Below, piece by piece: positions 62,301 through 64,000 of a stretch of DNA of 64,000 bases. Source of the stretch: Amoebophrya sp. A120 (taxonomy: Eukaryota > Protista > Dinoflagellata). The notes below the pieces were generated by a model that saw nothing but the letters and a program-made list of their open reading frames with translations, was not told the DNA's origin and did no database searches. The stretch lies in NCBI GenBank assembly GCA_905178155.1, contig CAJINV010000006.1, positions 378,398 to 442,397 of the forward strand, written 5' to 3'. The number at the start of each line of letters is the position of its first letter. Positions within the stretch are counted from its first letter, which is position 1. The position numbers and the translations under genes were made by a program.

Positions 62301-64000
62301 TGGCAGCTTCTGGCACGCGGGAAGGCCACCCTCACCATCAGACATGGCCCGGTTGACGAAGTTGACGAACGTCAACGGGGCGTTGGCCGCGCCGGAAGTC
62401 TTGTGCGGCTTCGGGTTGCCACCCGCGTCGTTGGTGTTCGACGGAGACAGCATCTCGCTGGCCTGCGACCGCGCGGCGCCAGTCATGCACTCGTACTTGA
62501 CCGACGGCTCGACGGCGTTTTGGCAGGTGGTCGTGTCCCACACGTTGAGTCTCCGGCCAGCACCGTCGATGTGCACGGTGGGCTCGGGATCCTCGTTGGT
62601 CTCCAGCTGCTCCATGCGACGGCGGCGCAGCCGCTCCTTCTCCTGCATTTTCAGGATCTGCTTGTAGGGCACCGCCTTCCGCTTGTGCCGATACACGTCG
62701 ATGGGCGCACCGTGGGTGGCCTCGGTAAGGGACCGCATGCGGCCGACCGCCTTGTTGTAGGTGTGCTTTTCCAGCTGGCGCATCTCGAAGTGTATCAAAT
62801 GTAAAAATGTCTGGGTCTGGAAGAATGCAAGATTTGTGATGCAGGTTTTCCTTGACCCATGAGGTCTGGAATGCGAGACCCAGCATGACAGATTTTTTGA
62901 GGTCTCTATCATGCCTTTCCTGCATGAGAAACTCCCTCTCAACTTGGTCAAAAGCGGACAGCTTTTGGTACTCACGCAACACAGATTTTTGCATCATTCG
63001 GATTTAGCATGACAAGTTCTAATCTTCCAGACCCAGACATTTTTGCATTTCTTAAAGTGGGCGAACGCGGTGTGGCCGTGCATCATGGCCAGGCGGCGGG
63101 TCTGGATCGGGTTCTTATGAACTGCAAAAGCATCGTACTCGTAGTAATTGCAGTTATGCAACACAAATCTGTTTCTTAAGGCAAATCCGCATTACAAATT
63201 CCATTCCTAATGCTGAGGAAATTTGTAATGCAATTTATACTTGTACGATAACGATGCTTTTGCAATGCATAGTCCTCGCCCGGCAACAAAATGTCTGGCT
63301 GCTCGCCCGCCTTGGAAACCGACTCGCCCGTCGCGCACTTGTGGTAGTTCATCGGCTTATATGCATTGCAAATATGCCTGGGTCTGGGAGAATGGAAGAT
63401 TCGTCATGCTGGAATTCAATGACCCATGAGGTCTGGAATGCAGCGCTGAGCATGACGGACGCTGTAAGATCTCCTCTATCATGCCTATCCTGCATGAGCA
63501 ACTCCCTGTCAACCTGGCCAGAAGTGTACATCTTTTGGTAATCATGCAACACAGATTTTTGCATCATCCACACTCAGCATGACAAGTTGCATCCTTCCAG
63601 ACCCAGACATATTTGCATTTCATAGCTCACCCGGCTTGGGAACCGCGGAGGTGTCCGCCGGAGCGCCCGCAGTACCCGGGTATCCTGTGCAAAAGTGTCT
63701 GGGTCTGGAAGAGTCATGCTGTTTTTGCATGACACAGAAGGTCTGGCAACATGGAAGCTCTAGCATCACAGGTTTAATCGAGAAGCATTCGCAACCAATG
63801 CCGAATCTGCATGACAAATCCAGGACTTTGGTGACAGAAAGTGAACAACTTTTGCTGCCTATGCATTTAGAGATTTTTCTGTGTTATGAAATGCGCATCA
63901 CAAGTTTGTAATCTTGTAGACCCAGACATTTGTGCACTTGATACCGGGGCTCCGAACTCGATTTGATCATCTCCACCCGCCGGGGCCTGCAGCAGGCGGA
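41392..64000 (-). CDS. Giant protein (~2,700 aa in the window, N-terminus beyond the right edge): Cys-containing segments separated by Arg-rich RRL linkers, 58 introner introns
   Basis: Stop at 41392 (...RRQLRQRR*). GC3-rich exons rejoin in frame at the junctions translated. Introner starts: 41831, 42150, 42421, 42765, 43186, 43579, 43836, 44249, 44680, 44913, 45308, 45630, 45946, 46158, 46446, 46852, 47133, 47345, 47590, 47839, 48039, 48679, 49013, 49620, 49894, 51059, 51363, 51717, 52021, 52279, 52650, 53046, 53373, 53761, 54402, 54705, 55218, 55500, 55947, 56265, 56593, 56968, 57858, 58239, 58612, 59052, 59401, 59935, 60218, 60596, 60936, 61122, 61536, 62003, 62793, 63116, 63360, 63681. 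Not every junction was translated, so a split into two genes is not excluded. Confidence 0.72.

Noticed and set aside
12188-63629. Apparent extra conservation of the central TSD bases
   Set aside because: My tally of mismatches by position in transcript orientation is about 14/14/5/7/10, not significantly non-uniform at this sample size; it needs genome-wide data.
1-64000. Most ORFs in the supplied six-frame track
   Set aside because: They are translations of introner sequence (recurring FQTQTYL, CKSIVLV, LPDPDIFA peptides) or antisense shadows of GC-rich exons.

Overview
Eukaryotic genomic DNA whose architecture matches the parasitic dinoflagellate Amoebophrya (Syndiniales); the organism is inferred, not looked up. 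All protein-coding genes are on the minus strand: a hypothetical gene running off the left edge, a weak intron-poor candidate, IBA57/CAF17 (Fe-S assembly), RNA polymerase III subunit RPC8/RPC25, a small saposin-fold protein ending in EDDL, two large hypothetical proteins, and a giant gene (about 2,700 aa within the window) running off the right edge. The supplied ORF track is mostly noise because the genes are split by about 122 (hand count) MITE-like introner elements, mostly 120-330 bp, in about 9 terminal-inverted-repeat (TIR) families. Nearly all begin TAT and end ATA, and all are flanked by a 5-bp direct repeat (target-site duplication, TSD; about 80 perfect, about 42 mismatched). They share an internal GCA(T/A)NACA motif and lack consistent GT-AG ends. 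Removing an element plus one TSD copy restored the reading frame at every junction I translated, including across the IBA57 and RPC8 signature motifs, so they must be removed as non-canonical introns. Highlights: an empty-site/filled-site pair showing the 5-bp duplication, near-identical copies in opposite orientations, a net 1-nt micro-exon, near-total restriction to coding DNA, a Helitron-like element and a 97-bp minisatellite nested in introners, and an RRL-rich candidate polyprotein. No autonomous transposase, RNA gene or CRISPR array was seen. Coordinates were read by hand and may be off by a base or two.
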